Below are positions 34,437-45,051 of a stretch of DNA of 64,000 bases, in pieces; within the stretch, counting starts at the first letter, position 1; the number at the start of each line of letters is the position of its first letter. Below the pieces are notes generated by a model that was not told the origin of the DNA, did no database searches, and worked only from the letters and a program-made list of their open reading frames with translations. The position numbers were made by a program, and so were the translations under genes. The DNA is from an uncultured Parcubacteria group bacterium (GTDB lineage: Bacteria; Patescibacteriota; Patescibacteriia; UBA9934; CAMTUG01): positions 360 to 64,359 of the forward strand of contig CAMTUG010000003.1 of assembly GCA_947084965.1 (NCBI GenBank). The letters are read 5' to 3'.

Positions 34437-35615
34437 TTAGGCGTAATATTTCGGATCAACCCGGACCGGGCTCATAGAACGCAATTTCTCAACAAGCGGG
34501 GGGAGCACTTCAAGGACGTAATCGATGTCCGCTTCTGTCGTCGAACGGCCGAGCGTAAAACGAATGCTTCCGTGGGCCACTTCGTACGGCATCCCAAGCG
34601 CCAAAATCACGTGCGATGGATCGAGCGAAGCGCTGGTGCAGGCTGAGCCGGTCGAAGCGTAAACCCCCTGCGCGTCGAGATACAGGAGGAGCGCTTCGCC
34701 TTCTAAGTCCATGAACGAAATGTTCACATTGTTCGGGAGGCGGTCGGTTGCATGTCCGTTCAAGCGGGTCTTCGGGATCGTGGTCAGAATGCCATTAATC
34801 AACTTGTCGCGGAGCGGCACGAGCCGGGAGCCCTCTTCCGACCTCCCTTCATCAGCAATTTGCAGAGCGGTCACAAATCCGACGATCCCCGCCACGTTCT
34901 CGGTCCCTGGACGGAGGCCTTTCTCCTGCGCCCCACCAAATTGCAGAGGCATGATCTTCACCCCACGCTTTACGTACAATGCACCCGTTCCTTTCGGGCC
35001 GTAAATCTTCCCTGCGTTCAACGTCATCAAATCAACGTGCAACTTTTCGATATTCAAATCGAGTACGCCACTCGCTTGGCAGGCGTCCGTGTGAAAAAGC
35101 ACGTTTGGTCGCGCTTTCTTCAACGCGTTTCCGATCTCGCCGATCGCCTGCACCGTGCCGATTTCGTTATTGGCGTAAATGAGTGAAACCAAAATCGTGT
35201 CGTCGCTAAGTGCGGCGACCACATCACTCGCGCTCACCTTCCCGTCGCGATCAACGGGCAGGTAGGTCGCACGAAATCCTTCCTTCTTTTCCAAATGCTC
35301 GATCGCCTCAAGAACAGACGGATGTTCGATCGTTGTGGTGATGATGTGCCCTTTCCCGGCCGAACGGGCCACGCCAAGAAGCGCTAAGTTGTTCGCTTCC
35401 GTGCCGCCGGAAGTAAAAAGGATCTCGTCCGCCCGAGCCGAAAGAACCTTGGCGACCTGGTCGCGTGCTTCATCAATCGCGTCTTTGGCCGCTTTACCCA
35501 TCATATGAAAACTCGATGGATTTCCGTAGTTCTCTTGAAGGTACGGCAACATCGCCGCGACAACGCGAGAATCAACCGGGGTGGTGGCGGCGTGATCAAG
35601 ATAAACAGACCTCAT
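34437..35615 (-). CDS. nifS: cysteine desulfurase NifS/IscS
   Basis: MRSVYLDHAATTPVDSRV...FTSGGTEANNLAL..., a class V aminotransferase fold. Confidence 0.9.
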   Translation of the reverse strand: MRSVYLDHAATTPVDSRVVAAMLPYLQENYGNPSSFHMMGKAAKDAIDEARDQVAKVLSARADEILFTSGGTEANNLALLGVARSAGKGHIITTTIEHPSVLEAIEHLEKKEGFRATYLPVDRDGKVSASDVVAALSDDTILVSLIYANNEIGTVQAIGEIGNALKKARPNVLFHTDACQASGVLDLNIEKLHVDLMTLNAGKIYGPKGTGALYVKRGVKIMPLQFGGAQEKGLRPGTENVAGIVGFVTALQIADEGRSEEGSRLVPLRDKLINGILTTIPKTRLNGHATDRLPNNVNISFMDLEGEALLLYLDAQGVYASTGSACTSASLDPSHVILALGMPYEVAHGSIRFTLGRSTTEADIDYVLEVLPPLVEKLRSMSPVRVDPKYYA

Positions 35616-35684
35616 AGGACCTCCAACCTACCACCGAAAAGCCCCTCAGTCAACGCGCGAAAACGACGTACAAACCAAGAAAAT

Positions 35685-36227
35685 CTAGACGACGGAGATC
35701 CCAAAAACGTTCGAAACAAGCCGCCCGATCAGATACCCGAGAAAAGCCGCGGTCATGGAGACAGCCATCATTTCAAGTCCGCTCTTCACCCATGAACGGC
35801 GCGTAAACGAGGCCTTCCAGGCACCAACCAAAAAGAGCACCACCAGGGTAATAATGACCGACGGCAGAATCGCCCGCTCGATCGGAAGCAAAAGGTACGG
35901 CCCGAGCGGAAAGAAGCCGCCGAGGATGTAAGCAAAAAACATCACGACCCCGGCGCGCAAAGGGAATACGTGAGGCAAGCGCCGCCCTTCGGTGCCGTGG
36001 GTCTCTTCTACTTCCGCCGCCGCCTTGCTCGACAGGTAGCTCCCCGCCGACATGGAGATCGATTCCACAACGATCAACACAAGCCCGGAAAGAATGACGA
36101 CGTAGGAGTTATGCGTCCCGGCGGCGATACCGGTCACGGCCCCCAGCGTTGAAACCAAACTATCTTCAAGTCCAAAAACGATCTCGCGCATTGAATGGGC
36201 CACCCCGTCGCGAAGTTTCTTCTCCAT
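35685..36227 (-). CDS. VIT1/CCC1-family iron/manganese transporter
   Basis: 180 aa with 5 TM helices. N-terminal ...EIVFGLEDSLVSTLGAVTGIAAG... is typical of the VIT family. Confidence 0.65.
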   Translation of the reverse strand: MEKKLRDGVAHSMREIVFGLEDSLVSTLGAVTGIAAGTHNSYVVILSGLVLIVVESISMSAGSYLSSKAAAEVEETHGTEGRRLPHVFPLRAGVVMFFAYILGGFFPLGPYLLLPIERAILPSVIITLVVLFLVGAWKASFTRRSWVKSGLEMMAVSMTAAFLGYLIGRLVSNVFGISVV

Positions 36228-36304
36228 ACGGCATTAGTTTACCGCATTGCCCCGAAGTTGCCGAGGCGCTACAATGCGAGCGTTAATCGCGAACAGTTGC
36301 CTGT

Positions 36305-36751
36305 ATGCAAATTCCTGCTGACAAACGTCTCTTTGATCGCCCGACCGCGGTGATGGTCATCGCCACGACCAAAGCCAAACTCTTTGTAGGAACCGAAACC
36401 GACCTGACCTTTATCGAGAATATCGAGATCGATGACTCTTTCGAGCACGGGGGCGAAGGGCACGCCCCGAGCCAACCGGGGATCGTCGGCACGCCGGCTT
36501 ATGCCACCGACACCATGCACTGGGACGAAAACAACCGTAAGCACCTGTACGCCCTGATCGAGGATCGCCTCCATCACGGCCTTCAAAACGGTGAGTTTGA
36601 AACGATCTGGCTGACCGTCCCGCACGAGCACAAAAATCAGTTGCACGAAGCCCTTTCGCATATCGTTGAAGATCACGAAGCCCGCACGATCCCGAAGAAC
36701 TTGTACAACATGGATGACGCGCATCTGCTTGATGCCTTGGCTGAGGTTTGA
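36305..36751 (+). CDS. hypothetical protein
   Basis: 148-aa ORF with no confident domain. Confidence 0.4.
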   Translation: MQIPADKRLFDRPTAVMVIATTKAKLFVGTETDLTFIENIEIDDSFEHGGEGHAPSQPGIVGTPAYATDTMHWDENNRKHLYALIEDRLHHGLQNGEFETIWLTVPHEHKNQLHEALSHIVEDHEARTIPKNLYNMDDAHLLDALAEV

Positions 36752-36767
36752 TACCCTCCGCCCACCG

Positions 36768-36842
<75 letters not shown>

Positions 36843-36889
36843 AATGAAAGACAGAACACCGCTCCGATTCTATCGGGGCGGTGTTTGCA

Positions 36890-37441
36890 TTAGCGGTAAA
36901 CTTCGATTTCAACTGTGCGAACGCCGAACTGCCTAGCCTCAGCCCGCGTTTCCATCCAGATATCGACACGGTTCTGATAGCGAGGATGCATACGATCTTC
37001 AACGACGAAGATCTGATCTCCGTAGTACTTTGGAATTTTCACTTGGGTGCCGATCGGTAAAAAATTGGCGGCGATGACCCCATGGCGGGTCGTTGTCCCG
37101 GAGGCGGTAATAAAGGGGGTTGCGTCTGTCTGCCCAACTTCTGAATTATAGGCCGTGGCGACTACCCGAAGGGTGTGTGGAATCAGGCGGTCGTCTGATT
37201 CGGGCAGGATGCCGTATTCTGCGTACGTATTTTGTATGGCGGCGACTTGTAGATCTACTGACCGCGCTTCAGATACGGTCGGGTGTGGCAGAGCGTCCGC
37301 TCGTACATTCTCTGGAGTGGCGGCAAACAGAGTAACAGCAAGGACAAAGATGATCAGGCCAAGGTTCGCTCGATGTTTTTTGGCGTACACCCCGATCTCT
37401 TTGAATTGTTCCCTAACCTCGTGTGCGTTGAGTTGCGTCAT
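36890..37441 (-). CDS. 3D-domain (MltA/RlpA-like DPBB) cell-wall protein with N-terminal TM
   Basis: TAYNSEVGQTDATPFITASGTTTRHGVIAAN...FVVEDRMHPRYQNRVDIW. Confidence 0.65.
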   Translation of the reverse strand: MTQLNAHEVREQFKEIGVYAKKHRANLGLIIFVLAVTLFAATPENVRADALPHPTVSEARSVDLQVAAIQNTYAEYGILPESDDRLIPHTLRVVATAYNSEVGQTDATPFITASGTTTRHGVIAANFLPIGTQVKIPKYYGDQIFVVEDRMHPRYQNRVDIWMETRAEARQFGVRTVEIEVYR

Positions 37442-37664
37442 ATGACGTCAGGCGGTCTCCTCCAAGATCCCGTATGGCGTCATCTCCGCAGATGCAAAAC
37501 AGCAAAACAAAAATCCCCTCTTGGGGACGGCAACAGGGTACCATTTCCCCGCTGTTTTGTCTATCAAAAATCTGAAGGATTCCCTATTGACAGCAGCTAA
37601 CGTTAGCCAAAAAGTTGATAGGACCTGTCCACAGGCCGTTTCCCAAGGTATCATTGAATGCACT

Positions 37665-40586
37665 ATGAGTTACGAATACATCCGACCGTCCTCATCGTGG
37701 AAAAAACGTCGTTTTAAGTGGCCCTTTAAGCCGTCTAAACAACTCTGGAAAAATGTCGCTTTGGCCTGTCTGGCCTTGGTGGTCGGTGGATCCTTGTTTG
37801 GTTTAGCTGCGTTTGCTTGGGTCTCGCGTGATCTCCCTGATCCGAACAAGCTCTTGGACCGCGAAGTGGAGCAAAGTACCAAAATCTACGACCGCACGGG
37901 CGAACATCTGCTCTATGAAATCCACGGCAACAAAAACCGCACCCTCGTCAAACTCGACGACATTCCGGACGTCATGGTGAACGCGACGCTCGCCGTCGAA
38001 GATCAACAATTTTTTAAACACTCAGGATTCAATCCCGTGCGCATTTTAAAAGGGGTCGTCCTCGGGGTGATCTTTAAAGGCCGGGCTCAGGGGGGATCGA
38101 CGATCACTCAACAGCTTGTCAAAAATGCCATCCTCACCAACGAGCGCAGTATTACCCGCAAGCTCAAGGAGATCATCCTCTCGATCGCTCTGGAACAGCG
38201 CTACACCAAAGAGGAGATCCTCCAGCTCTACTTCAATGAAATCCCGTACGGCTCAACAAATTACGGCGTTGAGGCTGCCGCCCAGGCGTACTTTGGTAAA
38301 TCTGTCCGCGACCTGACCCTTGCTGAAGCAGCAACGTTAGCCTCGCTCCCTAAAGCACCGACGACCTACCTCAACAATCCAGACAAGCTCGATGCCCGCC
38401 GCGACACCGTCCTCGAGCTCATGTGGGGGGAAGGATATATTACCAAGGAAGAGAAAACCGCTGCCCAGGACGAGGAGGTGTCGATTCGTGAAAAAGTGGA
38501 TGGAATCACCGCCCCGCACTTCGTTTTTTACATCAAAGAACAGCTCGTTGAAAAATACGGCGAGCGCCAAGTGGAAGAGGGGGGCTTAAAGGTCACCACC
38601 TCGCTTGATTACGACAAACAGCTGATCGCTGAAGAGGCGGTAAAGGCGGGGGTCGAGGCACGTAAAGACTCCTACGGCTTTGAAAACGCCTCCCTTGTGG
38701 CGATTGATCCCAAAACCGGCCAGATTCTGTCGATGGTCGGATCGATCGATTATTTTAGCGACACGATCGACGGGGCGGTCAACGTCTCGACCCGCCCGCG
38801 CCAACCCGGTTCGTCGATGAAACCGTTTGTGTACACGGCAGGATTTCTGGCCGGCTATACCGCCAACACGATTTTGTACGACGTCGAAACGGTATTTAAA
38901 ACGGAAACAACGGATTACACGCCGCGCAACTACTCGCTCAATGAAGCGGGGCCGGTGACGATCCGCAAGGCGCTGCAAGGGTCGCTCAACATCCCGGCGG
39001 TCAAAATGCTCTACCTCGTTGGTGTTCAAAACTTTCTCGACTTTGCAGAGCGCCTGGGTTACACCACCCTCGGTGATCGCTCGCGTTTCGGACTGTCCCT
39101 CGTCCTCGGCGGCGGCGAAGTGACGCTCCTTGAACACACGGCCGCTTACGGGGCGCTGGCCGGAGAAGGAAAACAATACCCGACTGTTTCGCTTTTGAAA
39201 GTTGAAGATCATGACGGAAACGTGCTCGAAGAATGGAAGCAGGAGAGCCCGCGCGAAGTGATTGAGCAGAACGCCGCACGCGAAATAAACAACGTTCTTT
39301 CTGACAACGGCGCTCGCGCCTACGTCTTTGGGGCGAGTAACTATCTGACGCTCTCCGGCCGAGCGGCGGCGGGCAAAACCGGCACGACCAACGACTACCG
39401 CGACGCCTGGATGATCGGTTACACCCCTTCGCTCGTTGCGGGCGTCTGGGCCGGCAACAACGACAACTCGGAGATGGTGCGCGGCGCCGATGGGTCAAAA
39501 ATTGCCGCGCCGATCTGGCAGGACTTTATGAATCGCGCTCTCGCCACCACGCCAGCCGAAGCGTTCACCGCTCCAGAAATCCCCGTGACTGGCAAACCGA
39601 TTCTTGATGGTCAGCTTCCAAGCACAACAGTGACGATTGACCGGGCGTCTGGCAAGCTGGCGACTGAGGAAACACCAGAGTCACAGCGCCAAGAGATCGT
39701 CTGCGGCGAATACCACAGCATCCTGCACTACGTGAACCCAAGCGACCCGCTCGGACCGGCACCAACAGACATGTCGAGTGACCCGCAATACCTCAGCTGG
39801 GAAGCAGGGATCGCTTCCTGGGTCGAGCGCACGCGTCTCACCGATCCAACCAAGCTCCCCTTCGAGCAATGCACCGTGCCTACAGAAACGGATGACGTCC
39901 ACACCCGCCAAAACGAGCCGGATATTTCCATCCTCTCCCCTGACAAAAATGACGAGGTTGGGCGAACGATCCGTGTTGAAATTGAGGCCGATGCCCCCCG
40001 CGGCGTTGAGCGCGTTGAGTATGCGATCGACGGCCGCTTTGTGAAGTCTTCTGATTCGCGTGCTGGCACCATGCTGACCCTCCCGAGCTGGGTCGACGTA
40101 GGCGATCACACCCTCCAAGTTACCGCTTACGACGACGTTGATAATGCAGGGAGCGATTCCGTCAAAATTAAGGTGACGGAAGAGGCGGGCGAGGCCAATG
40201 TGGGCATCCTCGAACCGCTCAACGGACAGACGATTGAAAAGACAACGGACACATTCGCTGTTACCGTCCAGCTTAAACATCCAACAAATCTCACAAACGT
40301 TTCTCTGTTTGTAGAGCCACTACGCGGAGGAACAACGACGCTCGTGGGAAGCATCGACTCCCCTTCCTCGCCATTCGCCACCTTCAACTGGACCCTCGGT
40401 TCTGCCGATGATTATGTCCTCTGGGCCCGCATCGACTCCGAAGATGGCGACCGTGAAGAATCCGCATCCATTTTGGTCACGGTGACTGACACGGGATCCT
40501 CGCTCCCGCCCGTCCTCGACATCACCGAGAGTGAAGAATCTGACACGGACGCTGAGCCCGAAGGGGCAGCCGAAGGTGTGCTATAA
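37665..40586 (+). CDS. bifunctional penicillin-binding protein 1A (glycosyltransferase plus transpeptidase) with C-terminal Ig-like extension
   Basis: GT51 motifs (EDQQFFKHSGFNP, RKLKEIILSIALEQ) and a transpeptidase with an SxxK-type site (PGSSMKPF). The ORF is open from 37521, but the TM segment follows the Met at 37665. Confidence 0.85.
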   Translation: MSYEYIRPSSSWKKRRFKWPFKPSKQLWKNVALACLALVVGGSLFGLAAFAWVSRDLPDPNKLLDREVEQSTKIYDRTGEHLLYEIHGNKNRTLVKLDDIPDVMVNATLAVEDQQFFKHSGFNPVRILKGVVLGVIFKGRAQGGSTITQQLVKNAILTNERSITRKLKEIILSIALEQRYTKEEILQLYFNEIPYGSTNYGVEAAAQAYFGKSVRDLTLAEAATLASLPKAPTTYLNNPDKLDARRDTVLELMWGEGYITKEEKTAAQDEEVSIREKVDGITAPHFVFYIKEQLVEKYGERQVEEGGLKVTTSLDYDKQLIAEEAVKAGVEARKDSYGFENASLVAIDPKTGQILSMVGSIDYFSDTIDGAVNVSTRPRQPGSSMKPFVYTAGFLAGYTANTILYDVETVFKTETTDYTPRNYSLNEAGPVTIRKALQGSLNIPAVKMLYLVGVQNFLDFAERLGYTTLGDRSRFGLSLVLGGGEVTLLEHTAAYGALAGEGKQYPTVSLLKVEDHDGNVLEEWKQESPREVIEQNAAREINNVLSDNGARAYVFGASNYLTLSGRAAAGKTGTTNDYRDAWMIGYTPSLVAGVWAGNNDNSEMVRGADGSKIAAPIWQDFMNRALATTPAEAFTAPEIPVTGKPILDGQLPSTTVTIDRASGKLATEETPESQRQEIVCGEYHSILHYVNPSDPLGPAPTDMSSDPQYLSWEAGIASWVERTRLTDPTKLPFEQCTVPTETDDVHTRQNEPDISILSPDKNDEVGRTIRVEIEADAPRGVERVEYAIDGRFVKSSDSRAGTMLTLPSWVDVGDHTLQVTAYDDVDNAGSDSVKIKVTEEAGEANVGILEPLNGQTIEKTTDTFAVTVQLKHPTNLTNVSLFVEPLRGGTTTLVGSIDSPSSPFATFNWTLGSADDYVLWARIDSEDGDREESASILVTVTDTGSSLPPVLDITESEESDTDAEPEGAAEGVL

Positions 40587-40591
40587 AATTG

Positions 40592-41299
40592 CTAAGACAA
40601 AAACGCCCCGTGCATCACTTCGGGTTTGCTGAGCTCTTCAGACGAGGAGCTCAGTTTGATTTCCCCGTTGACGAGCAGGTAGCCGCGATCGGCGTAGCGC
40701 AAGACAAGACGAACGTTTTGTTCCACGCACAGGATCGTCGTACCCAAGGCTTGCAGCTCCTTAAGCTTCTCAAACACCTCGGTTTGAAGTTTTGGGGAAA
40801 GACCGAGCGACGGCTCGTCGAGCATCAGCAGTTTTGGTGCGAGCATCAGGGCCCGGCCGATGGCGAGTTGTTGCTGTTGGCCGCCGGACAAGGTGCCCGC
40901 TTTTTCTTTCTGCTTTTCGCGCAACACCGGGAAACGATCAAAAACTGCGGCGATGTTTGCCGCGACCGTCTTCTTGTTGTTTAACAAGTAGCCGCCCATC
41001 TCCAGGTTTTCATAAACCGTAAGCGAAGGAAAAACGATGCGGCCTTGAGGAACGTAGGAAATCCCCTGCTCAAGAAGCGCGTGGGTTGGAAGTTTGGTGA
41101 CGTCTTTGCCGTCAAACTGAATCGTCCCGTTGGTTACACCCGCCTGGCCATAAGTTGATTTGAGGACCGTCGACTTCCCGGCCCCGTTCGGACCGATGAG
41201 CGCGATGAACTCTCCCGGCTCAACCGAAAGCGAAACGTCGCGCAGAACGCGCAGCTCTCCGTATCCGGCGTGTAATTTGTTGATTTCGAGAAGGGGCAT
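40592..41299 (-). CDS. livF: branched-chain amino acid ABC transporter ATP-binding protein
   Basis: Walker A GPNGAGKST, signature LSGGQQQ, Walker B LLMLDEPS. Confidence 0.8.
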   Translation of the reverse strand: MPLLEINKLHAGYGELRVLRDVSLSVEPGEFIALIGPNGAGKSTVLKSTYGQAGVTNGTIQFDGKDVTKLPTHALLEQGISYVPQGRIVFPSLTVYENLEMGGYLLNNKKTVAANIAAVFDRFPVLREKQKEKAGTLSGGQQQQLAIGRALMLAPKLLMLDEPSLGLSPKLQTEVFEKLKELQALGTTILCVEQNVRLVLRYADRGYLLVNGEIKLSSSSEELSKPEVMHGAFLS

Positions 41300-41300
41300 A

Positions 41301-42047
41301 TTATGCGCCGAGATAGGCTTCGAGCACACGCGGGTCTGATAGAACGTCGGCAGGGGCGCCTTCGGCGAGCACCGTGCCCTGATCCATCACGATCACATGA
41401 TCAGCAACAGAGCGGACAAAGTCCATATCGTGTTCGATCACCAAGATCGTTTCGCCTTTGGCTTTCAAATCTTTGAGCAACGTTTTGAAGCGATCGCGCA
41501 GAACCGGGTTGACCCCCGCGACCGGTTCGTCGAGCATGAGCAGCTGGTGTGGTTTGGTGATCGCGCGGGCGAGATCGAGAAGTTTTTGTTGGCCGTAAGA
41601 CAGATCAAGACCGAGCGTTTCCGCTGGCTTATCAAGACCGACGAGTCTCAGCACCTCGTGCATGCGATCCTCGAACACGGCCGGGTCTGCGCCAAGTGCT
41701 GAGCGAAAAAAGACGTCGTCGTATGCATGCATCGCCAAATACAGATGATCGCGGATCGACAAGTTCTTAAACAATCGCACGATCTGGAACGTGCGCGACA
41801 ATCCCGTCTTAGCACGTCGATGAGCCGAGAGGTTTGTGAGGTCGGTTCCATCAAGGACGACCGTCCCCGCGTCCGCGCCCGTGAGACCAGAGATCAATCC
41901 AAACGCGGTCGTCTTCCCTGCTCCGTTGGGGCCGACGAGTGCGGTAACCTCTCCGGCCTGCACATCAAACGAACAGTCGCGCACTGCCGTGACGCCGCCG
42001 TACGATTTGGAGAGGTTGCTAACGTTGAGCAGCGCCATATTATTCAA
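41301..42047 (-). CDS. livG: branched-chain amino acid ABC transporter ATP-binding protein
   Basis: GPNGAGKTT...LSYGQQKLLDLARA...LLMLDEP. Confidence 0.8.
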   Translation of the reverse strand: MNNMALLNVSNLSKSYGGVTAVRDCSFDVQAGEVTALVGPNGAGKTTAFGLISGLTGADAGTVVLDGTDLTNLSAHRRAKTGLSRTFQIVRLFKNLSIRDHLYLAMHAYDDVFFRSALGADPAVFEDRMHEVLRLVGLDKPAETLGLDLSYGQQKLLDLARAITKPHQLLMLDEPVAGVNPVLRDRFKTLLKDLKAKGETILVIEHDMDFVRSVADHVIVMDQGTVLAEGAPADVLSDPRVLEAYLGA

Positions 42048-42900
42048 GCTCCACCTTACCGAGTAGCCCTTTCGGTCGATAGAGAATCACTAACAAAAGC
42101 GCCCCGGCGAAAACTATTTCACGAAAGGCCCCAACGAGCTCTGGAGAAAATGGCAAGAAGCGCAGCCCTTCCCGAACGGCGAGTAACGACACCACACCAA
42201 GCACCGTCCCGGGGAGCGAGGCGAGCCCGCCAACGACCAAAAAGACAAGCAGTAGTACGAGGAGTGGCAAACCAAACGTCCCCGGATCGATAAATCGCAA
42301 AAATGACGCGAGGAGCGCCCCGGAAAGCCCGGCGATTCCGCCGGCAATCGCGCTGACCGTGATCTTCATGGCAACGACGTTCTTGCCAAGCGTCGTTGCC
42401 GCCACTTCATCATCACGCATCGCTCCGAGCGCCCGCCCCCAGGGCGAGCGCGTGAGGCGATCGACCACCAGATAGACAAGTGTGGTGATCGTGAGCACGA
42501 GCAACAGGAACGGAAACTCTTCGGCAAAACCCGCAGGTCGGGCGATCCCAGGAATCCCCAACGCCCCGCGCGTTAGTTCGCGCCAGTTCATAAGGACAGC
42601 AGCGATCACAAATCCAAACCAGAGCGTCAGTACAGAATAGGTGTGGCTCGTAATTTTCCTCGACAATACGGAAAATCCGGCGGAAAGGGCTCCGGCCAAA
42701 CAGACCCCGGCGAGCAGAGCAATGAAATAGGGCGCGTCCGTGTGGCGCAATAGCAAAGCGAGGGTGTAGCCGCCAACCCCCATCATCGCCGCATGGCCAA
42801 GAGACAACATCCCGGCCCAACCGGTTTGTAAGTTAAACGCCAAGGTGGCGATGAGGAAGATCGCCGCCAGAGTCACAACGTGGATAACATACGCTTCCAT
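42040..42900 (-). CDS. livM: branched-chain amino acid ABC transporter permease
   Basis: Multi-TM permease. The start is placed at MEAYVIHV to abut livH; the ORF is open to 43008. Confidence 0.7.
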   Translation of the reverse strand: MEAYVIHVVTLAAIFLIATLAFNLQTGWAGMLSLGHAAMMGVGGYTLALLLRHTDAPYFIALLAGVCLAGALSAGFSVLSRKITSHTYSVLTLWFGFVIAAVLMNWRELTRGALGIPGIARPAGFAEEFPFLLLVLTITTLVYLVVDRLTRSPWGRALGAMRDDEVAATTLGKNVVAMKITVSAIAGGIAGLSGALLASFLRFIDPGTFGLPLLVLLLVFLVVGGLASLPGTVLGVVSLLAVREGLRFLPFSPELVGAFREIVFAGALLLVILYRPKGLLGKVELE

Positions 42901-42901
42901 A

Positions 42902-43774
42902 CTACAGACGCTTTTTTCCAAGCAACCCCTCTGGTCGCACGAGCAAGATAACGAACGCGGCCAAAAACGCAAAGACGGACTTAATCGCCGTGGCCCCATA
43001 AAATCCACCGAGCGTAGAAAGGGTGGTCAGAAGGTAGGTGCCAAAAAGCGCCCCCGGAATAGAGCCGATCCCGCCGACGATCGCATAAGAAAACGCATCA
43101 ACGGCATAGGTGACCGTTCTGCTTGGATCCAGGTTATACAGCATGGCAGCGAGGATACCGGCAACCCCCGCGACCACCGACCCGACAAAAAAAGTTATCT
43201 GACGCACGCGTCTGGCGTTGATTCCAACAACCTCAGCCACATCTTCTTGGTCTGACACCGCCCGCATCGCCTTTCCTAAACGCGTTTTGTGCATCAACCA
43301 AAATATCCCAAGGAACATGATAGTGCTCGTGACAAAAATCAGCACCGACAGCGGCGAAACGAGCGCGCCCCAAACGGAGTAGGGAGGAAGGTGCAAAAAC
43401 GGAAGGTCAATCGTTCTTGTCTGCGACGACCAGACGGCGAGCAAGGTGTTCTGCAGGATAATAAGAAGTGCCACCGAGGCGATCATCATCCCCGTCCCCA
43501 CCCGCCGCCGTCGCCGCAGTGGTTCGTACACCAGAATATTCAGAATCACTCCGAGGGTTCCTGCGGCGAAGATCCCCGCCGTCGCCGCTGCTAAGGCCGG
43601 CACACCCAGTTCAACAAACGAATAGAAAATATACCCCGCGGCCATGATCACCCCGCCATGAGCAACATGGACGACGCCGGTCACGGAAAAAATAACCGAA
43701 AACGATGCGGCCATTAAACCAAACAGCGCTCCGAGCGTTAGAATGTTCCAGGCGAGCTGAACGTAAATCTCCAT
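42902..43774 (-). CDS. livH: branched-chain amino acid ABC transporter permease
   Basis: 290-aa multi-TM permease. Confidence 0.75.
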   Translation of the reverse strand: MEIYVQLAWNILTLGALFGLMAASFSVIFSVTGVVHVAHGGVIMAAGYIFYSFVELGVPALAAATAGIFAAGTLGVILNILVYEPLRRRRRVGTGMMIASVALLIILQNTLLAVWSSQTRTIDLPFLHLPPYSVWGALVSPLSVLIFVTSTIMFLGIFWLMHKTRLGKAMRAVSDQEDVAEVVGINARRVRQITFFVGSVVAGVAGILAAMLYNLDPSRTVTYAVDAFSYAIVGGIGSIPGALFGTYLLTTLSTLGGFYGATAIKSVFAFLAAFVILLVRPEGLLGKKRL

Positions 43775-43783
43775 AAACGAAAG

Positions 43784-43802
43784 CGGGCCCCGAAAGGCCC
43801 GC
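43784..43802 (-). terminator. intercistronic hairpin (partial terminator/attenuator) between livJ and livH
   Basis: On the minus strand: gcgggcc-tttcgg-ggcccgc followed by tttcgttta. Confidence 0.5.
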
Positions 43803-43819
43803 CTATCATAGCATGTTTA

Positions 43820-45025
43820 TTATGGGGTGACCTTGACCTGTTCGTACCTGCTGTCCACCGCTTTCTTAATCGCGTATTGAGTCACGACGTCGCCCATCTC
43901 GTTAAAGCTAATCGTCCCCAGCGCCCCTTCCCAGTTTTTAAGTCCGGTCAGGTAGCGGGCAACGGCGGTACTGTCATAACCGACGGCAGTGATCGCTTCG
44001 GCCAACAGATAGACGTCTGAATACCCGCCAGCGGCGAAGAACGGGAAGGTCGGGCCGTTCCCTTGCTTTGCGGTATATGCCGCCAAGAAGGCCGCAGCTT
44101 TGGCGGACTCTTGGTTATAGTATGGCTCGATCGCCACAACCCCCTGCAGATCAACCGGGTTGTCCTTCAAGATGTCATCGGACGCCAACACCTCGGCGGT
44201 CAAGACCTGTGCCAAGACGCCGTTAGCGCGCAACTGCTTAATAACTTGAATCCCTGCCGTTGGGGTATTTGGCACAACGTAGATCACCTCTGGGTTCTTG
44301 TTCTTCACTTTGAGCGCCTGAGCCGTAAAGTCGACGTCCCCAGTTGCGAATCCTTCGTCTACGACGACCTCGCCTCCCAATTCAGCAAAGCGGGCAGCAA
44401 ACGCTTTTTCGAGACCCTGGCCGTAGTCCGTTGTTTCGTAAATGATCGCGGCGCTCGCTGCCTTCAGGTCGTTGTAGGCGTAGTCTGCGGCGATCGATCC
44501 AGCCAGCGCGTCCGACGGAGCGGTGCGGAAGGTGTAATCTCCAGCCGTGGTGATATCCGGACTCGTCGCTGATGGCGAAATGGAGACAACTTTGGCTTCA
44601 TTAGCAAGAGGAGCAAAGCCGAGCGTTTCGCCAGAGCAAGCGCCCCCGACGATGAAATTCACCTGGTCAACATTGATCAGTTTCGTTCCGGCGGCAGCAC
44701 CCCCTTCTGGGTTACATTTGCCGTCCTCAACCACAAGTTTGATCTGGTGACCATCAACTCCACCGGCGGCATTGATCTCCTCAACAGCCAACTCGATCCC
44801 CGGCAGGAAATCCTGACCATACACCGCGGCGTCGCCAGATAATGGCAACACTACCCCGATCTTGAGATCCCCTTCCGGGATTTCTACGCGCTCCGTTTCG
44901 GTTTCTGTTTCGTTTTCAACCACGCCGTTATTTTCGGCCGGTTTTTGGGTTCCCCAGTAGACGAGCCCCGCGACGACGAGGACCGCAAGGATCACCCAGA
45001 CTAAGGCATTGCCGCGCTGATTCAT
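43820..45025 (-). CDS. livJ: branched-chain amino acid ABC transporter substrate-binding protein
   Basis: N-terminal TM/signal, then a periplasmic-binding-protein type I fold. Confidence 0.75.
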   Translation of the reverse strand: MNQRGNALVWVILAVLVVAGLVYWGTQKPAENNGVVENETETETERVEIPEGDLKIGVVLPLSGDAAVYGQDFLPGIELAVEEINAAGGVDGHQIKLVVEDGKCNPEGGAAAGTKLINVDQVNFIVGGACSGETLGFAPLANEAKVVSISPSATSPDITTAGDYTFRTAPSDALAGSIAADYAYNDLKAASAAIIYETTDYGQGLEKAFAARFAELGGEVVVDEGFATGDVDFTAQALKVKNKNPEVIYVVPNTPTAGIQVIKQLRANGVLAQVLTAEVLASDDILKDNPVDLQGVVAIEPYYNQESAKAAAFLAAYTAKQGNGPTFPFFAAGGYSDVYLLAEAITAVGYDSTAVARYLTGLKNWEGALGTISFNEMGDVVTQYAIKKAVDSRYEQVKVTP

Positions 45026-45051
45026 AGAAATGCAGTTAGAAATTCTTTAAC

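Noticed and set aside
38586-40387. Minus-strand ORFs inside the PBP1A gene (38586..39212, 39001..39498, 39681..40280).
   Set aside because: They are antisense to a gene with clear glycosyltransferase and transpeptidase motifs.
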